In this document: piece after piece, positions 1 through 10,028 of the stretch
How positions within the stretch are numbered: position 1 is the first letter of the stretch
Layout of the letters: each line of letters begins with the position of its first letter
Assembly: GCA_025966155.1 (NCBI GenBank)
Contig: JAOPVO010000303.1
Location: 1 to 56,618 of the forward strand
Length of the DNA: 56,618 nucleotides
Origin: Pseudonocardiales bacterium
Lineage (GTDB): Bacteria > Actinomycetota > Actinomycetes > Mycobacteriales > Jatrophihabitantaceae
Direction of reading: 5' to 3'
The notes under the pieces: generated by a model
The model's database searches: none
The model's input: only the letters and a program-made list of their open reading frames with translations
What the model was told of the DNA's origin: nothing
Translations under genes and position numbers: made by a program

Positions 1-674
1 CAGCGAACCTCTGGTGGGTGCGCGGCCGGGACCGCGACCTGCTGATCGACAGCGGCAACGGCGTGGCGTCGCTGCGCGCCAACCTGCCGGACCTCTTCGA
101 GCGCGACCCGCTGCTGGTGCTGACCCATAGCCACGGCGACCACATGGGCGGCGCGCACGAATTCGGCGATGTGTGGATGCACAGCGCCGAGGTGGCCAAG
201 GTGGAGACCCCGAAGCCGGGCAGCCTCAAGGGCGGCTGGTCACTAGCTACCGATGGATCGCTTGAGGGGACGGCGCTCGCGGTCCTGCCGCCTTGGCTCA
301 TCGACGCAGTGCCGTACGCGGGCTACGACCCCGCGGCGTACGAGCTGAAGGCCGCCACTGTGACGCGCGAGCTCGCCGAGGGCGATGTGATCGATCTGGG
401 CGACATCTCGTTCACCGTGCTGCACCTGCCTGGCCACACCCCGGGGAGCATCGCGCTCTACGACGAGCGGGCGGGCACGCTGTACACCGGCGACATCGTC
501 TACGACGGGATCCTGCTGGACACCGGCGAGGGCTCGAGCATCCCGGACTACCTGGCGACGATGCAGCGGCTGCACGACCTCGACGTCAGCATGGTCCACG
601 GCGGCCACAAGCCCAGCTTCGATCGCGACCGTCTCCAGAAGATCACCGGCGACTACCTCGCCTTCCGGGGCTGA
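1..674 (+). CDS. MBL-fold metallo-hydrolase (5' end probably outside window)
   Basis: ORF 18..674 has no upstream stop before the window edge. HxHxDH zinc motif (THSHGDHMGG), then HLPGHTPGS and C-terminal GGH. The strands that normally precede LLIDSG are missing. Confidence 0.85.
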   Translation, partial: ANLWWVRGRDRDLLIDSGNGVASLRANLPDLFERDPLLVLTHSHGDHMGGAHEFGDVWMHSAEVAKVETPKPGSLKGGWSLATDGSLEGTALAVLPPWLIDAVPYAGYDPAAYELKAATVTRELAEGDVIDLGDISFTVLHLPGHTPGSIALYDERAGTLYTGDIVYDGILLDTGEGSSIPDYLATMQRLHDLDVSMVHGGHKPSFDRDRLQKITGDYLAFRG

Positions 675-694
675 GACACGCCAGTTAAGTACCA

Positions 695-1747
695 GTGAAC
701 TTGATCTTGCCGACGACGGCCCTATGCTGGTCCGCGTCCACCAGGACAAGCGCGCATCTGAGCCGGCCGGGAGGAAACTCCATCAGCAACGAGAAGAACC
801 ATCGCCGGGTTCTCGTGCTTGGTGGCACGGGTTTCATCGGATCGCATATCGTCGAGGAATTCCGTGCTGTCGGGGCAACGGTCGTCGTGCTCGCGCGCAA
901 TCCACCGGACATCAAGCGATCCCTCACCGACAACGTCGATTACCTACAGGGCGACGCTCACGATCCATCGATTCTCTCCCGTGCGATGACCGATGTCGAC
1001 CACGTCGTCCACGCACTGGGCGGTCAGTCGCCGGTCGAGGCCGAAGGTGACGCGGGCGCGGCGTTGGTCAACGCGGCGCGCCTGGCCGTCAGCCTGGCGG
1101 GAGAGTTGACGCGCCGGCCCGAAGTGAGCTTGACCTATCTGTCCTCAGGCGGCGCGGTGTACGGAAATGTAGCGGGCCTCCCGGTCGCTGAATCACGCGC
1201 GTGCTCGCCCATCTCGGCGTACGGCATCGCGAAGCTCACGGCGGAGCATTACCTGTCGATGCACGCCGATGTCCATAGCCTGCCAATCCGAATACTCCGA
1301 GTGGCGAACGCCTACGGGCCGGGTCAGACCGCGAAACGGGGCCAGGGCCTCATCGCCACGCTGCTCGATGCGGCTGCGGCATCGTCGCCGGTCAGCGTCT
1401 ACGGCGACGGCACCTCGCTCCGGGACTACGTATACGTCGGCGATGTCGCCAAGGCAGTAGTGCGCCTCTCGCGGCAGCGCGGCAGCCAGCCGCGGATCGT
1501 GAATGTCGGCAGCGGGATAGGACATTCGGTGCTGGACGTGCTGCAGGTCGTCGACGAGATCACGGGCAAGACGACGAAGGTGAACTGGCGGGCGGCCCGC
1601 GGCTTCGACGTGCAGGGGATCTTCCTCGACGTCGCGCGCCTCCGGTCGCTGACGCCATGGGCGCCTGTATCCCTGCGCGACGGTGTCGCCGACGCCTGGG
1701 CGTACCGGAACGCGCTGAGCGCGGACCTGCAGAACGCGTCGGCGTGA
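695..1747 (+). CDS. NAD-dependent epimerase/dehydratase (extended SDR, UDP-hexose 4-epimerase-like)
   Basis: Rossmann motif GGTGFIGSHIV and catalytic YxxxK (YGIAK). Start uncertain: GTG 695 gives a 37-aa pre-Rossmann extension, and an SD-like GGGAGGA at 769-775 is followed only by an ATC codon. Confidence 0.85.
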   Translation: MNLILPTTALCWSASTRTSAHLSRPGGNSISNEKNHRRVLVLGGTGFIGSHIVEEFRAVGATVVVLARNPPDIKRSLTDNVDYLQGDAHDPSILSRAMTDVDHVVHALGGQSPVEAEGDAGAALVNAARLAVSLAGELTRRPEVSLTYLSSGGAVYGNVAGLPVAESRACSPISAYGIAKLTAEHYLSMHADVHSLPIRILRVANAYGPGQTAKRGQGLIATLLDAAAASSPVSVYGDGTSLRDYVYVGDVAKAVVRLSRQRGSQPRIVNVGSGIGHSVLDVLQVVDEITGKTTKVNWRAARGFDVQGIFLDVARLRSLTPWAPVSLRDGVADAWAYRNALSADLQNASA

Positions 1748-3873
1748 GAATCCCGCGCATCGCTTCCCTCAGGCGCTGGACCGAGGCAACCGGCCCTGTG
1801 CGTTCCCACCTGCCGATTGACCAGCCATCTGACGTCGCGCCGACCGTGATGGGCAATGTGGATTGGCCACAGCCCGGCGTGCCGGCGCAGCGCTCCCTGC
1901 AGGATTTCCGAGGATGGCACGCATGGCAGGGCGGCCCGGTGCTTGCCGTCGTGGCGACGGTCGCCGGCATTGAGGTTGGCCGGGCGCTTGGCGCCGGCGA
2001 CGTCCGTCAGGACCTCATCGATGTGCTGGGCGAGGGCTTCGCCAGGTGCGGTTGGACGATGCCGGTCGACCTCTCAACCGTCACCGAGACGAGCGTCGTC
2101 GTCGACTTCACGGTCTGGCCAAGCGTCATCGATGGCCCGATTCTCGCGGGCTCGGTCCCCGTGCGAATCGCACCCACGACCGGTGCGGTCGAGGTGGGCG
2201 AGCCGCGTAACGGCCCGGTGGTGGGGCATTTCGACGGCCCCTCTGCGGCGGGTCCGCTCCAGCGGGACGTCGTCGTTGTGTCCGGCTGGGCGCTGAGTCC
2301 GCGCGGCCCGCTCGCCCAGGTGGCCGTCGTTGTTGACGACGACCCCCCGATCACCGCCCGAATCGGGCTCCTGCGGCAGGACCTCCGTGAGCTCATGGCC
2401 GAGCCGTATGCGCAATTCAGCGGATTCGAGGTGCAACTGGATCTGACGCAGCTGGACCCCGAAAGCACGAGCATCCGCCTTGCGTGCGTCGTCACCGATT
2501 TCGAGGGTGTTCGCGTAGTTGTCGATACTCAGGTAGTCGAGCTCGCCTCGCCTCCTGTTCCCGCTGAGCCGGCCCGACACTCGAAACCCGCGCGGAACGA
2601 CACGCTGAGCGCGGTGCAGGCGGCGATGCGCCGATGGAGCGGCGGCGGCTCGATAGCACTGGGAACCGAGGCCCAGGACGGTCTCAACCTGATGGTGTTC
2701 ACCCATCACCTGGGTCTCGGCGGTGGGCAGTTGTGGCTGTCCGAGCTGCTGTTGAAGTGCGGTGCCGGGAGTGAGTTCCGGTGCACGGTGGTCAGTGCCG
2801 TCGACGGAGAATTGCGCGGGGCGCTGGAGGAGGCGGGAATCGGCGTGCATGTCACCGGCCCCTATCCGACCGAGACCGCCGTCTATGAGGGGCGCATCCG
2901 GGAGCTATCGGCTATGGCAGCCGTGATCGGCGCCAACGCGGTGCTCGTCAATACGATGGGTTCCTTCCTCGGCGCCGACCTGGCCGGCCGATTGGGCCTT
3001 CCGGCAGTGTGGGCCGTGCATGAGAGCTTCACCCCCGCGGCGTTCTGGGCGGCTGCCTATCCCGCGGGGTACGTCGATGTCGAAGTGAAAGCCGCAGCAT
3101 CGGCGGCGCTCAGGGCTACGGCCGCGATTGTCTTCGAGGCGGACAGCACGCGACAGCTTTTCCTTGACGCAGCGACCGAGCAGAATTGCCTGGTTGTCCC
3201 CTATGGGATCGATACCGAGTCCGTGGAGAAGTATTGCGCTGACGTGAGCGTCGCAGAGGCGCGCAGCATGCTGGGCATCCCGTCCGAGGCTCGACTAGTT
3301 GTGGTTCTCGGTACTGTGGAGCCGCGAAAGGCCCAGGCTCTGGTCGCAGAGGCCATGTCGCACCTTGGGGGCAAGTTCCCGGATTTGATGGTTGCGCTAG
3401 TGGGCGATACGGGCGGGCCCTATGGCGACGCAATTGCCGATTTCGTCAGCACGTCCGAGGCGGCGGCTCAGGTACTCATTTTTCCCGTCACCCCGGACAC
3501 CTATCCGTGGTATCGAGCTGCAGACGTATTCCTGAGCGCCTCTGATATCGAGTCGCTGCCGCGGTCGGTCCTGGAGGCGATGTGCTTCGGCGTGCCCGTG
3601 GTCGCGACGTCGGTCTTCGGCCTCCCTGAGTTGATTGACGACGGCCAGACCGGATATCTGTACGAGGCCCGCGACCTCCGCGCGACGGTGGAGGCTCTCG
3701 AGCAGATCGCCACACGCAGCGCTGGGGAATTGGAGCGCGTCGGCGCGGCCGGACGGCGGAAGATCCTGAAGTCGTACGACTCGCGCTGGTACGCGCACGA
3801 CATCAGGAGCATCCTCGAAGGGCTGGCGCTGGAGCCATCTGCACCACCGCGACGTTTCCTTCGCGCTCGATGA
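1744..3873 (+). CDS. glycosyltransferase family 4 with a ~310-aa N-terminal domain of unknown function
   Basis: The C-terminal ~390 aa (from about 2680) look like a GT4/GT-B enzyme (LNLMVFTHHLGLGGGQ ... ESLPRSVLEAMCFGVPVVAT ... DGQTGYL). GTG 1744 overlaps the epimerase stop (GTGA). The N-terminal part matches nothing I recognise. Confidence 0.8.
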   Translation: MRIPRIASLRRWTEATGPVRSHLPIDQPSDVAPTVMGNVDWPQPGVPAQRSLQDFRGWHAWQGGPVLAVVATVAGIEVGRALGAGDVRQDLIDVLGEGFARCGWTMPVDLSTVTETSVVVDFTVWPSVIDGPILAGSVPVRIAPTTGAVEVGEPRNGPVVGHFDGPSAAGPLQRDVVVVSGWALSPRGPLAQVAVVVDDDPPITARIGLLRQDLRELMAEPYAQFSGFEVQLDLTQLDPESTSIRLACVVTDFEGVRVVVDTQVVELASPPVPAEPARHSKPARNDTLSAVQAAMRRWSGGGSIALGTEAQDGLNLMVFTHHLGLGGGQLWLSELLLKCGAGSEFRCTVVSAVDGELRGALEEAGIGVHVTGPYPTETAVYEGRIRELSAMAAVIGANAVLVNTMGSFLGADLAGRLGLPAVWAVHESFTPAAFWAAAYPAGYVDVEVKAAASAALRATAAIVFEADSTRQLFLDAATEQNCLVVPYGIDTESVEKYCADVSVAEARSMLGIPSEARLVVVLGTVEPRKAQALVAEAMSHLGGKFPDLMVALVGDTGGPYGDAIADFVSTSEAAAQVLIFPVTPDTYPWYRAADVFLSASDIESLPRSVLEAMCFGVPVVATSVFGLPELIDDGQTGYLYEARDLRATVEALEQIATRSAGELERVGAAGRRKILKSYDSRWYAHDIRSILEGLALEPSAPPRRFLRAR

Positions 3874-5633
3874 CACTCCTACCGCAGGCGTCGCGAGGGT
3901 CCGTGGGAGCCAGGTGCTCGGCATATCTCGCGCGCCGCGGTCTCCTCATGATGTTTCTCCTCTTCTACACAATCGCCAATCTGGCTTGGGTGTGGGTCTA
4001 CCGCCGCGGACAGCCCTACGACATCGACGAGTCCGGGTATCTGTCGTTCTCTCTGGTCTTCCACAACGCACTGGGCTCCGACGGCATCGCAGGCTGGGCC
4101 GAATCCATCCTGTCCCCGACCATCTTCGCGCCGCTGACAACCGCGGCGTCGTCACTGCCCTACCTGCTGTTCGGTCCAGCGGCGACGACCGGTCTCATTG
4201 TGCCGGTGCTGTTCGGCACCCAGGTCGCGTACTTCAGCTACCTCATTGGCGACAGGCTGGGCGGCCAAAGATGCGCCTGGATAGCGATTATCCTTGTCGC
4301 GGGCACGCCAGTGCTCATAAGCTACTCACGAAGCTACAATTTCGCGATAGGCGCAGCGGCGATGTTCGTCGCAGCCGTGTACTTTCTCCTCGCCTCCGAG
4401 GGCATGACGATATCGAGGCACGCCTTCGGCTTCGGCATCTTCTTCGGCCTGACGGCACTTTCGCGAACAGTGATGCTCGCATTCCTGCCTTCGCTGGTGA
4501 TTGCGGCAGTAGTCGTTATCGTCTCTCGTGGGACTTCACGGATCGCCGTGCGGAACGCGATCGTGGCTGGACTGGCCGCACTTATTGTTGCGCTGCCCTG
4601 GTACGCCCGCAACGGCAGGGCGGTGTTCGAGTACCTCACGTCATTCGGCTACGGCGACCGAAGCGTCGAGTATGGACGGGAGAACGACTTCCTCTCGTGG
4701 GGCGCTTGGCGCGAGACCCTCAACTACGTCGTCTATAGCCTCGGCCTGCCTTTCGCCCTGGTGAGCTTCGCGGCGGTCGCTCTGGCCGCGGCCTACGTCT
4801 TCACGGCCTGCCGGCGTCATGGTCCGAGGTCAGGGATGGCGATCATCGCCAGGTCCCCGGTGCTGCCGATCGTGCTGCTCGTCATCTACGTGGTGATCCT
4901 CCTGACCACCTCCAGGAATAAGGGCAGCGGCTTTCTCGCACCGGTGGCGCCTGTTCTGATGGTTCTCGTGGCCTGGGCGTTCACCCGACCGGCCGTGTGG
5001 AGGCTGAAGTTCCTCCCACTGGCCGCTGCGGGCATCGCCGCAGTCAATTTCGCGGTGGCCGTCAGCCCATCCAGCCCGCTGGGCACACCGCGGTACGTCA
5101 ACCTGCCCGGGTACGGGGATGCGAGCCTGATCGATGGGCGAGGCACTATCCAGGCGTACGAAGCCGCAGACGATCCGCAACTTCAGGACACCGGGCAGCC
5201 CCTCAGCAAGGCCGAGGGCGAAGCCTGGGTCGCGATGAATGCCTACGTCGCGCAATTGCTGCGGGATCAAGGCGGCGCCGGAGCCGTGAGCGCGTTCGCC
5301 TTCCGTCATCGCCTGCTGAACGCCAACTCCGTTCAGCTCCAGCAGCTGCTCCACGGCGACGATCGGCTGCCCGTTGACATGATCACGCCCCGCGTCACGG
5401 GGGATACGGTCGCGGGCTACCTGAACTGGCTCCAGGCAGGGGTATCGCAGCGAGCGTGCAACCTGCTGACGTCGCCTGGGGACCGCAATGAGTTCACACC
5501 CGTCGTCGCAGCGCAGCGAATGGAGCGCGCCGCCGTTGCCGCCGGCTTCGTTGCGGCCGAGTCATTCGAGCTGCCCGACGGACGGATCGTCACCCTCTGG
5601 AAGCGCGCGGAGTTCTGTCCCGTCGGGCCTTGA
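3870..5633 (+). CDS. GT-C fold membrane glycosyltransferase (PMT_2 / ArnT-like, GT39/GT83-like)
   Basis: About 11 predicted TM segments. DE motif in the first extracytoplasmic loop right after TM1 ([10 protein letters not shown]). C-terminal ~190-aa soluble domain. ATGA overlap with the upstream GT4 gene. Confidence 0.7.
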   Translation: MTLLPQASRGSVGARCSAYLARRGLLMMFLLFYTIANLAWVWVYRRGQPYDIDESGYLSFSLVFHNALGSDGIAGWAESILSPTIFAPLTTAASSLPYLLFGPAATTGLIVPVLFGTQVAYFSYLIGDRLGGQRCAWIAIILVAGTPVLISYSRSYNFAIGAAAMFVAAVYFLLASEGMTISRHAFGFGIFFGLTALSRTVMLAFLPSLVIAAVVVIVSRGTSRIAVRNAIVAGLAALIVALPWYARNGRAVFEYLTSFGYGDRSVEYGRENDFLSWGAWRETLNYVVYSLGLPFALVSFAAVALAAAYVFTACRRHGPRSGMAIIARSPVLPIVLLVIYVVILLTTSRNKGSGFLAPVAPVLMVLVAWAFTRPAVWRLKFLPLAAAGIAAVNFAVAVSPSSPLGTPRYVNLPGYGDASLIDGRGTIQAYEAADDPQLQDTGQPLSKAEGEAWVAMNAYVAQLLRDQGGAGAVSAFAFRHRLLNANSVQLQQLLHGDDRLPVDMITPRVTGDTVAGYLNWLQAGVSQRACNLLTSPGDRNEFTPVVAAQRMERAAVAAGFVAAESFELPDGRIVTLWKRAEFCPVGP

Positions 5634-5758
5634 GGCGCTCGACTGATACCATGACTCTGTTCGGGCCGTTTCACGCTGCCCGTTCGCGCAGAGCGCGCTC
5701 ATCGCCCGCCGTGGTACCCACCGGCTGGCCGTGCCTGCAGAGACAACAAGGAGCCCGC

Positions 5759-6028
5759 ATGTCGCTGACAGTCGAGCAGAACAAGGCCATCGTCGAGCAG
5801 TACGGCGCGTCCGCCACCGACACCGGCTCCACCGAGGTGCAGGTCGCGCTGCTGTCCAAGCGCATCGCCGACCTCACCGAGCACCTCAAGTTCCACAAGC
5901 ACGACCACCACACCCGCCGTGGGCTCCTGCTCCTGGTCGGCCGGCGTCGCCGCTTGCTGAACTACCTGGCCAAGACCGATATCACTCGGTACCGGTCGCT
6001 CATCGAGCGGCTCGGCCTGCGCCGCTAG
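5759..6028 (+). CDS. rpsO: 30S ribosomal protein S15
   Basis: 89 aa, [16 protein letters not shown]...[33 protein letters not shown] at 5747-5752. The upstream part of ORF 5630..6028 is not coding. Confidence 0.97.
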   Translation: MSLTVEQNKAIVEQYGASATDTGSTEVQVALLSKRIADLTEHLKFHKHDHHTRRGLLLLVGRRRRLLNYLAKTDITRYRSLIERLGLRR

Positions 6029-6038
6029 CTTGTGATCA

Positions 6039-6064
6039 GGGCCGTCGCCTTCGGGCGGCGGCCC
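6039..6064 (+). terminator. rpsO terminator/attenuator hairpin (11-bp stem, one G-U pair, UUCG tetraloop)
   Basis: gggccgtcgcc-ttcg-ggcggcggccc, 11 nt after the rpsO stop, followed by a weak T-containing tract (gctcgcgttgc). Confidence 0.6.
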
Positions 6065-6340
6065 GCTCGCGTTGCTGGGCAGGGTCATCACCGCACGGCA
6101 CAACTGAAGAACGACCCGTCCATCTTGGACACCCGCCTGGAGCCAGCGCTCCGGCGTGCCCGGCCCAGACGGCCGGTCCTCGGTAGTGGCGCTCGGGACG
6201 CAACGCTCCCGCCCGCTTCGATCGAAGACCGGCGCCAGACCACAGCCGGCGTACGTCGAGGCCCACGCTCGCGGGGCGGCACACCAGCGCGAACCCGGCC
6301 CACCGCCGGGCGCGTCGACGCACGAAAGAGGGAACTCTCC

Positions 6341-8545
6341 TTGTCGGAGAACACCGTCCACGAGTCCGTAGCCACCATCGACAATGGCCGCTTCGGCACC
6401 ACCACCATCCGCTTCGAGACCGGCCGGCTGGCCCAGCAGGCCGCCGGCGCCGTCGTCGCCTACCTCGACGACGACTCGATGCTGCTGTCGGCCACCACGG
6501 CCGGCAAGCACCCCCGCGAGGGCTTCGACTTCTTCCCCCTCACGGTGGACGTCGAGGAGCGCATGTACGCCGCCGGTCGCATCCCCGGCTCGTTCTTCCG
6601 GCGCGAGGGCCGCCCGTCCGAGGACGCGATCCTCACCTGCCGCCTGATCGACCGCCCGCTGCGCCCCACGTTCATCAAGGGCCTGCGCAACGAGGTCCAG
6701 GTCGTCATCACGGTCATGGCGCTCAACCCGGATCACTTCTACGACGTCGTGGCCATCAACGCCGCGTCGGCGTCGACGCAGATCTCCGGCCTGCCGTTCA
6801 ACGGCCCGGTCGGCGCCACCCGCGTCGCCCTCATCGAGGGCCAGTGGGTCGGCTTCCCGAAGCACTCCCAGCTGGAGAACGCCACCTTCGACATGGTCGT
6901 CGCCGGCCGCCTGCTGCCCAGCGGCGACGTCGCGGTCATGATGGTCGAGGCCGAGGCCACCGAGAAGGTCATCGACCTGATCGCCGCCGGCGGCACCCGC
7001 CCCACCGAGCAGGTCGTGGCCGAGGGCCTCGAGGCCGCGAAGCCGTTCATCGCCGAGCTGTGCCGCGCGCAGGCCGAGCTCGCCAAGGTCGCCGGCAAGG
7101 CCACCGTCGAGTACCCCGTCTTCCTGGACTACCAGGATGACGTGTTCGCAGCCGTCGAGGCCGCGGGCACCGCGAGCCTGACCGCCGCGCTGGCCGTCGA
7201 GGGCAAGACCGAGCGCAACGACGCCACCGACGCGTCGAAGAAGTCGACGACCGAGGCCGTCGCGCCGCAGTTCCCCGGCCGCGAGGGCGAGATCGGCGCC
7301 GCCTTCCGCTCGCTGAACAAGAACCTGGTCCGCCAGCGCATCATCCGCGACAAGGTCCGCATCGACGGCCGCGGCCTGTCGGACATCCGCACCCTCGCCG
7401 CCGAGGTCGAGGTCGTCCCGCGCGTCCACGGCTCGGCGCTGTTCGAGCGCGGCGAGACCCAGATCCTGGGCATCACCACGCTGAACATGCTCGGCCTGGA
7501 GCAGAAGCTCGACACGCTCTCGCCCGAGCGCACCAAGCGCTACATGCACAACTACAACTTCCCGCCGTACTCCACCGGCGAGACCGGGCGCGTGGGCTCG
7601 CCCAAGCGCCGCGAGATCGGCCACGGCGCGCTGGCCGAGCGGGCCCTCATCCCCGTCCTGCCGTCGCGCGAGGAGTTCCCCTACGCGATCCGCCAGGTCT
7701 CCGAGGCATTGAGCTCCAACGGCTCGACGTCGATGGGATCGGTCTGCGCCTCGACCCTCGCGCTGCTGAACGCCGGTGTGCCGCTGAAGGCCCCCGTCGC
7801 CGGCATCGCGATGGGCCTGGTGTCGGCTGAGGTCGACGGCAAGCTGCAGTACGTCGCCCTTACCGACATCCTGGGCGCCGAGGACGCGTTCGGCGACATG
7901 GACTTCAAGGTCGCCGGCACCAAGGAGTTCGTGACGGCCCTCCAGCTGGACACGAAGCTCGACGGCATCCCGTCCGAGGTCCTGGCCCTCGCCCTGACCC
8001 AGGCCCGCGAGGCCCGGCTGCACATCCTCGATGTCATGGCCGAGGCCATCGACGAGCCCGACGAGATGAGCCCGTTCGCGCCGCGCGTCACCGTGGTCAA
8101 GGTCCCTGTCGACAAGATCGGCGCGGTCATCGGCCCGAAGGGCGCGATGATCAACTCGATCCAGGACGACACGGGCGCCCAGATCAGCATCGAGGACGAC
8201 GGCACGATCTACGTCGGCGCAGCCGATGGCCCGTCGGCCCAGGCCGCGGTGGACCGGATCAACGCGATCGCCAACCCGCAGATGCCCAAGGTCGGGGAGC
8301 GCTTCCTCGGCACGGTCGTCAAGACCGCGGCCTTCGGCGCGTTCGTGTCCCTGCTCCCGGGCAAGGACGGCCTCGTCCACATCAGCAAGCTCGGCAACGG
8401 CAAGCGCGTGGGCAAGGTCGAGGACGTCGTGAATGTCGGGGACAAGATCCAGGTCGAGATCACCGAGATCGATGCCCGCGGCAAGATCAGCCTCGTGCCG
8501 GTCGCCGAGGAAGGCGCATCGACGCCGGAGCTCGCGAACGCCTGA
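6341..8545 (+). CDS. pnp: polyribonucleotide nucleotidyltransferase (PNPase)
   Basis: N-terminus ...[29 protein letters not shown], two RNase PH domains, KH and S1 domains at the C-terminus ([33 protein letters not shown]). TTG 6341 is preceded by GAAAGAGGG. ORF 6032 upstream is the leader read through. Confidence 0.95.
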   Translation: MSENTVHESVATIDNGRFGTTTIRFETGRLAQQAAGAVVAYLDDDSMLLSATTAGKHPREGFDFFPLTVDVEERMYAAGRIPGSFFRREGRPSEDAILTCRLIDRPLRPTFIKGLRNEVQVVITVMALNPDHFYDVVAINAASASTQISGLPFNGPVGATRVALIEGQWVGFPKHSQLENATFDMVVAGRLLPSGDVAVMMVEAEATEKVIDLIAAGGTRPTEQVVAEGLEAAKPFIAELCRAQAELAKVAGKATVEYPVFLDYQDDVFAAVEAAGTASLTAALAVEGKTERNDATDASKKSTTEAVAPQFPGREGEIGAAFRSLNKNLVRQRIIRDKVRIDGRGLSDIRTLAAEVEVVPRVHGSALFERGETQILGITTLNMLGLEQKLDTLSPERTKRYMHNYNFPPYSTGETGRVGSPKRREIGHGALAERALIPVLPSREEFPYAIRQVSEALSSNGSTSMGSVCASTLALLNAGVPLKAPVAGIAMGLVSAEVDGKLQYVALTDILGAEDAFGDMDFKVAGTKEFVTALQLDTKLDGIPSEVLALALTQAREARLHILDVMAEAIDEPDEMSPFAPRVTVVKVPVDKIGAVIGPKGAMINSIQDDTGAQISIEDDGTIYVGAADGPSAQAAVDRINAIANPQMPKVGERFLGTVVKTAAFGAFVSLLPGKDGLVHISKLGNGKRVGKVEDVVNVGDKIQVEITEIDARGKISLVPVAEEGASTPELANA

Positions 8546-8585
8546 TCCACCCGCTGACCCGTTCACGGGCCGGCACTGAACGTCC

Positions 8586-8621
8586 CTCAGCCCCTCGCGC
8601 CCACCGGTGCGAGGGGCTGAG
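8586..8621 (+). terminator. pnp terminator hairpin (13-bp perfect stem, 10-nt loop)
   Basis: ctcagcccctcgc-gcccaccggt-gcgaggggctgag, 41 nt after the pnp stop. The downstream T-tract is weak (tgcttcg), as is common in high-GC actinobacteria. Confidence 0.6.
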
Positions 8622-8859
8622 TGCTTCGAGTGGCAGGGGGTCGGACGTTTGCCGACCGCGCGGGTAGACAAATGCCGGCCATCGCCCATAGAGTCACGCG
8701 CCGTGCCTGCGCCCCTGCATCGACGTCGCCACGTCGACCTGCGCCGCACCGGCAGCGCTCTCTGTCGCTGACCCGCCCCGCCCCGCCCCGCCTCAGCGCC
8801 CCGTCCCGCTCGCCTGCGATCGACGGCTGCGCGCGCGCCTAGCCCTGAGCCACATCGGC

Positions 8860-8889
8860 TTGACATCGCCGCCGAAATCCATGTATCTC
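8860..8889 (+). promoter_or_regulatory. candidate promoter of the sulfate transporter operon
   Basis: Perfect TTGACA at 8860-8865, an 18-nt spacer, then TATCTC at 8884-8889, at the start of an unusually AT-rich stretch (8875-8945). The -10 element is weak, so this is tentative. Confidence 0.3.
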
Positions 8890-8918
8890 TATCATTCTGA
8901 TCGGAATACCCGGTTCAA

Positions 8919-8939
8919 CCGACTTGGTAGCCAAGTCGG
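8919..8939. promoter_or_regulatory. 21-bp perfect palindrome (CCGACTTGG-TAG-CCAAGTCGG), candidate operator or 5'-UTR hairpin
   Basis: Read directly. It ends 22 nt upstream of the GTG of the sulfate-binding protein gene, just before the GGAGG SD, and is preceded by CGGTTCAACC (8911-8920). Confidence 0.5.
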
Positions 8940-8960
8940 AACTCTTTTGGAGGCAGTCCC

Positions 8961-10028
8961 GTGAAGCCATCCCCTCGCCGCGGCGCCATGCGCGCCGCTC
9001 TCGCCGCCCTCGGTGCTACGGCCCTAGCCGTCGGCCTCGCGGCCTGCGGCGGCAGCTCCGGCGGGGGCGGTGGCGGCGGCACGGGAACGGGCGGCGCCGA
9101 GGCCGCGCCGGTCAAGCTCGCGCTGGTGGGGTACTCCGTGGCCAAGTCGGTCTACGACAGCGTCCAGCCGGCCTTCTCCGCGACCGACAAGGGCGCCGGC
9201 GTCAGCTGGGACTCCTCCTACGGCGCGTCGGGCGATCAGAGCCGCGCGGTCGTGAACGGCCTCGCCGCGGACTACGTCGCGTTCTCCCTCGAGCCCGACG
9301 TCACGCGCCTAGTCGACGCCGGCTTGGTCGACCCCACGTGGAATTCGGGCCCGACCAAGGGCATCGTCAGCGATTCGGTCGTCGTGTTCGTGGTCCGCAA
9401 GGGCAACCCGAAGAACATCAAGACGTGGGACGACGTCGTCAAGGACGGGGTCAAGATCATCACGCCGAACCCGGGATCGTCCGGCGCGGCCAAGTGGAAC
9501 ATCATGGGCGCCTATGCGCACGGCCTCTCCAAGGGCGGCGCCGCGGACGGGAAGGACTTCCTGACGAAGTTCTACAACAACATCGTCAGCCTGCCGGCGA
9601 GCGGCCGCGAGGCGACCAGCGCATTCACCAGCGGCACCGGCGATGTCCTGATCTCCTACGAGAACGAGGCCATCCTGGCCAAGCAGAACGGCCAGTCGCT
9701 GGATTACGTCGTGCCCGAGGATTCCTTCCTGATCGAGAACCCCGCGGCCGTCACCAAGACCGCCCCGGCCCAGGCGAAGGCGTTCCTCGACTTCGTCCTG
9801 AGCGTCGAGGGCCAGAAGCTGTTCGCCCAGAAGGGCTTCCGCCCGGTGATCGACGGCGTCGACGTCGGCAAGGTCCAGGGCGCCAACGACGAGAGCAAGC
9901 CGTTCCCCACGATCAAGAAGCTGCACACCGTCGCGGAGCTCGGCGGCTGGAAGGCCATCAACTCGCTGCTGTTCGATTCCAACACCGGCCTGGTTACCCA
10001 GATCCAGAAGGAGAAGGGACTCGGGTGA
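8961..10028 (+). CDS. sulfate/thiosulfate ABC transporter substrate-binding lipoprotein
   Basis: Lipoprotein signal (ALAVGLAACGGSSGG). The body resembles Sbp/CysP/SubI (KLALVGYSVAKSVYD...SYGASGDQSRAVVNGLAADYVAFSLEPDV). Followed by cysTWA. Confidence 0.9.
   Translation: MKPSPRRGAMRAALAALGATALAVGLAACGGSSGGGGGGGTGTGGAEAAPVKLALVGYSVAKSVYDSVQPAFSATDKGAGVSWDSSYGASGDQSRAVVNGLAADYVAFSLEPDVTRLVDAGLVDPTWNSGPTKGIVSDSVVVFVVRKGNPKNIKTWDDVVKDGVKIITPNPGSSGAAKWNIMGAYAHGLSKGGAADGKDFLTKFYNNIVSLPASGREATSAFTSGTGDVLISYENEAILAKQNGQSLDYVVPEDSFLIENPAAVTKTAPAQAKAFLDFVLSVEGQKLFAQKGFRPVIDGVDVGKVQGANDESKPFPTIKKLHTVAELGGWKAINSLLFDSNTGLVTQIQKEKGLG

Noticed and set aside
5699-8866. 1055-aa minus-strand ORF covering rpsO and pnp
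   Set aside because: It is antisense to two unmistakable genes. The translation is Arg/Gly/Ala/Asp low-complexity with no motif. This is the usual stop-codon-poor antisense frame of a 70% GC genome.
8908-8925. GGTTCAACC resembling a tRNA T-loop (also at 15089)
   Set aside because: The flanking bases cannot form a T-stem, and no acceptor or anticodon arms are present. I found no tRNA anywhere in the window.
8622-8960. Possible SAM or other sulfur-related riboswitch in the 340-nt region before the sulfate importer
   Set aside because: I could not match SAM-I/SAM-IV or other known riboswitch cores by eye. The region is better explained as terminator hairpins plus a promoter/operator. Only a covariance-model scan (Rfam/Infernal) could settle this.
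8924-10024. 5' 1.1 kb of the 662-aa ORF 8924..10912
   Set aside because: It is out-of-frame read-through across the sulfate-binding protein gene. The real CysT begins at GTG 10025, coupled to the SBP stop.
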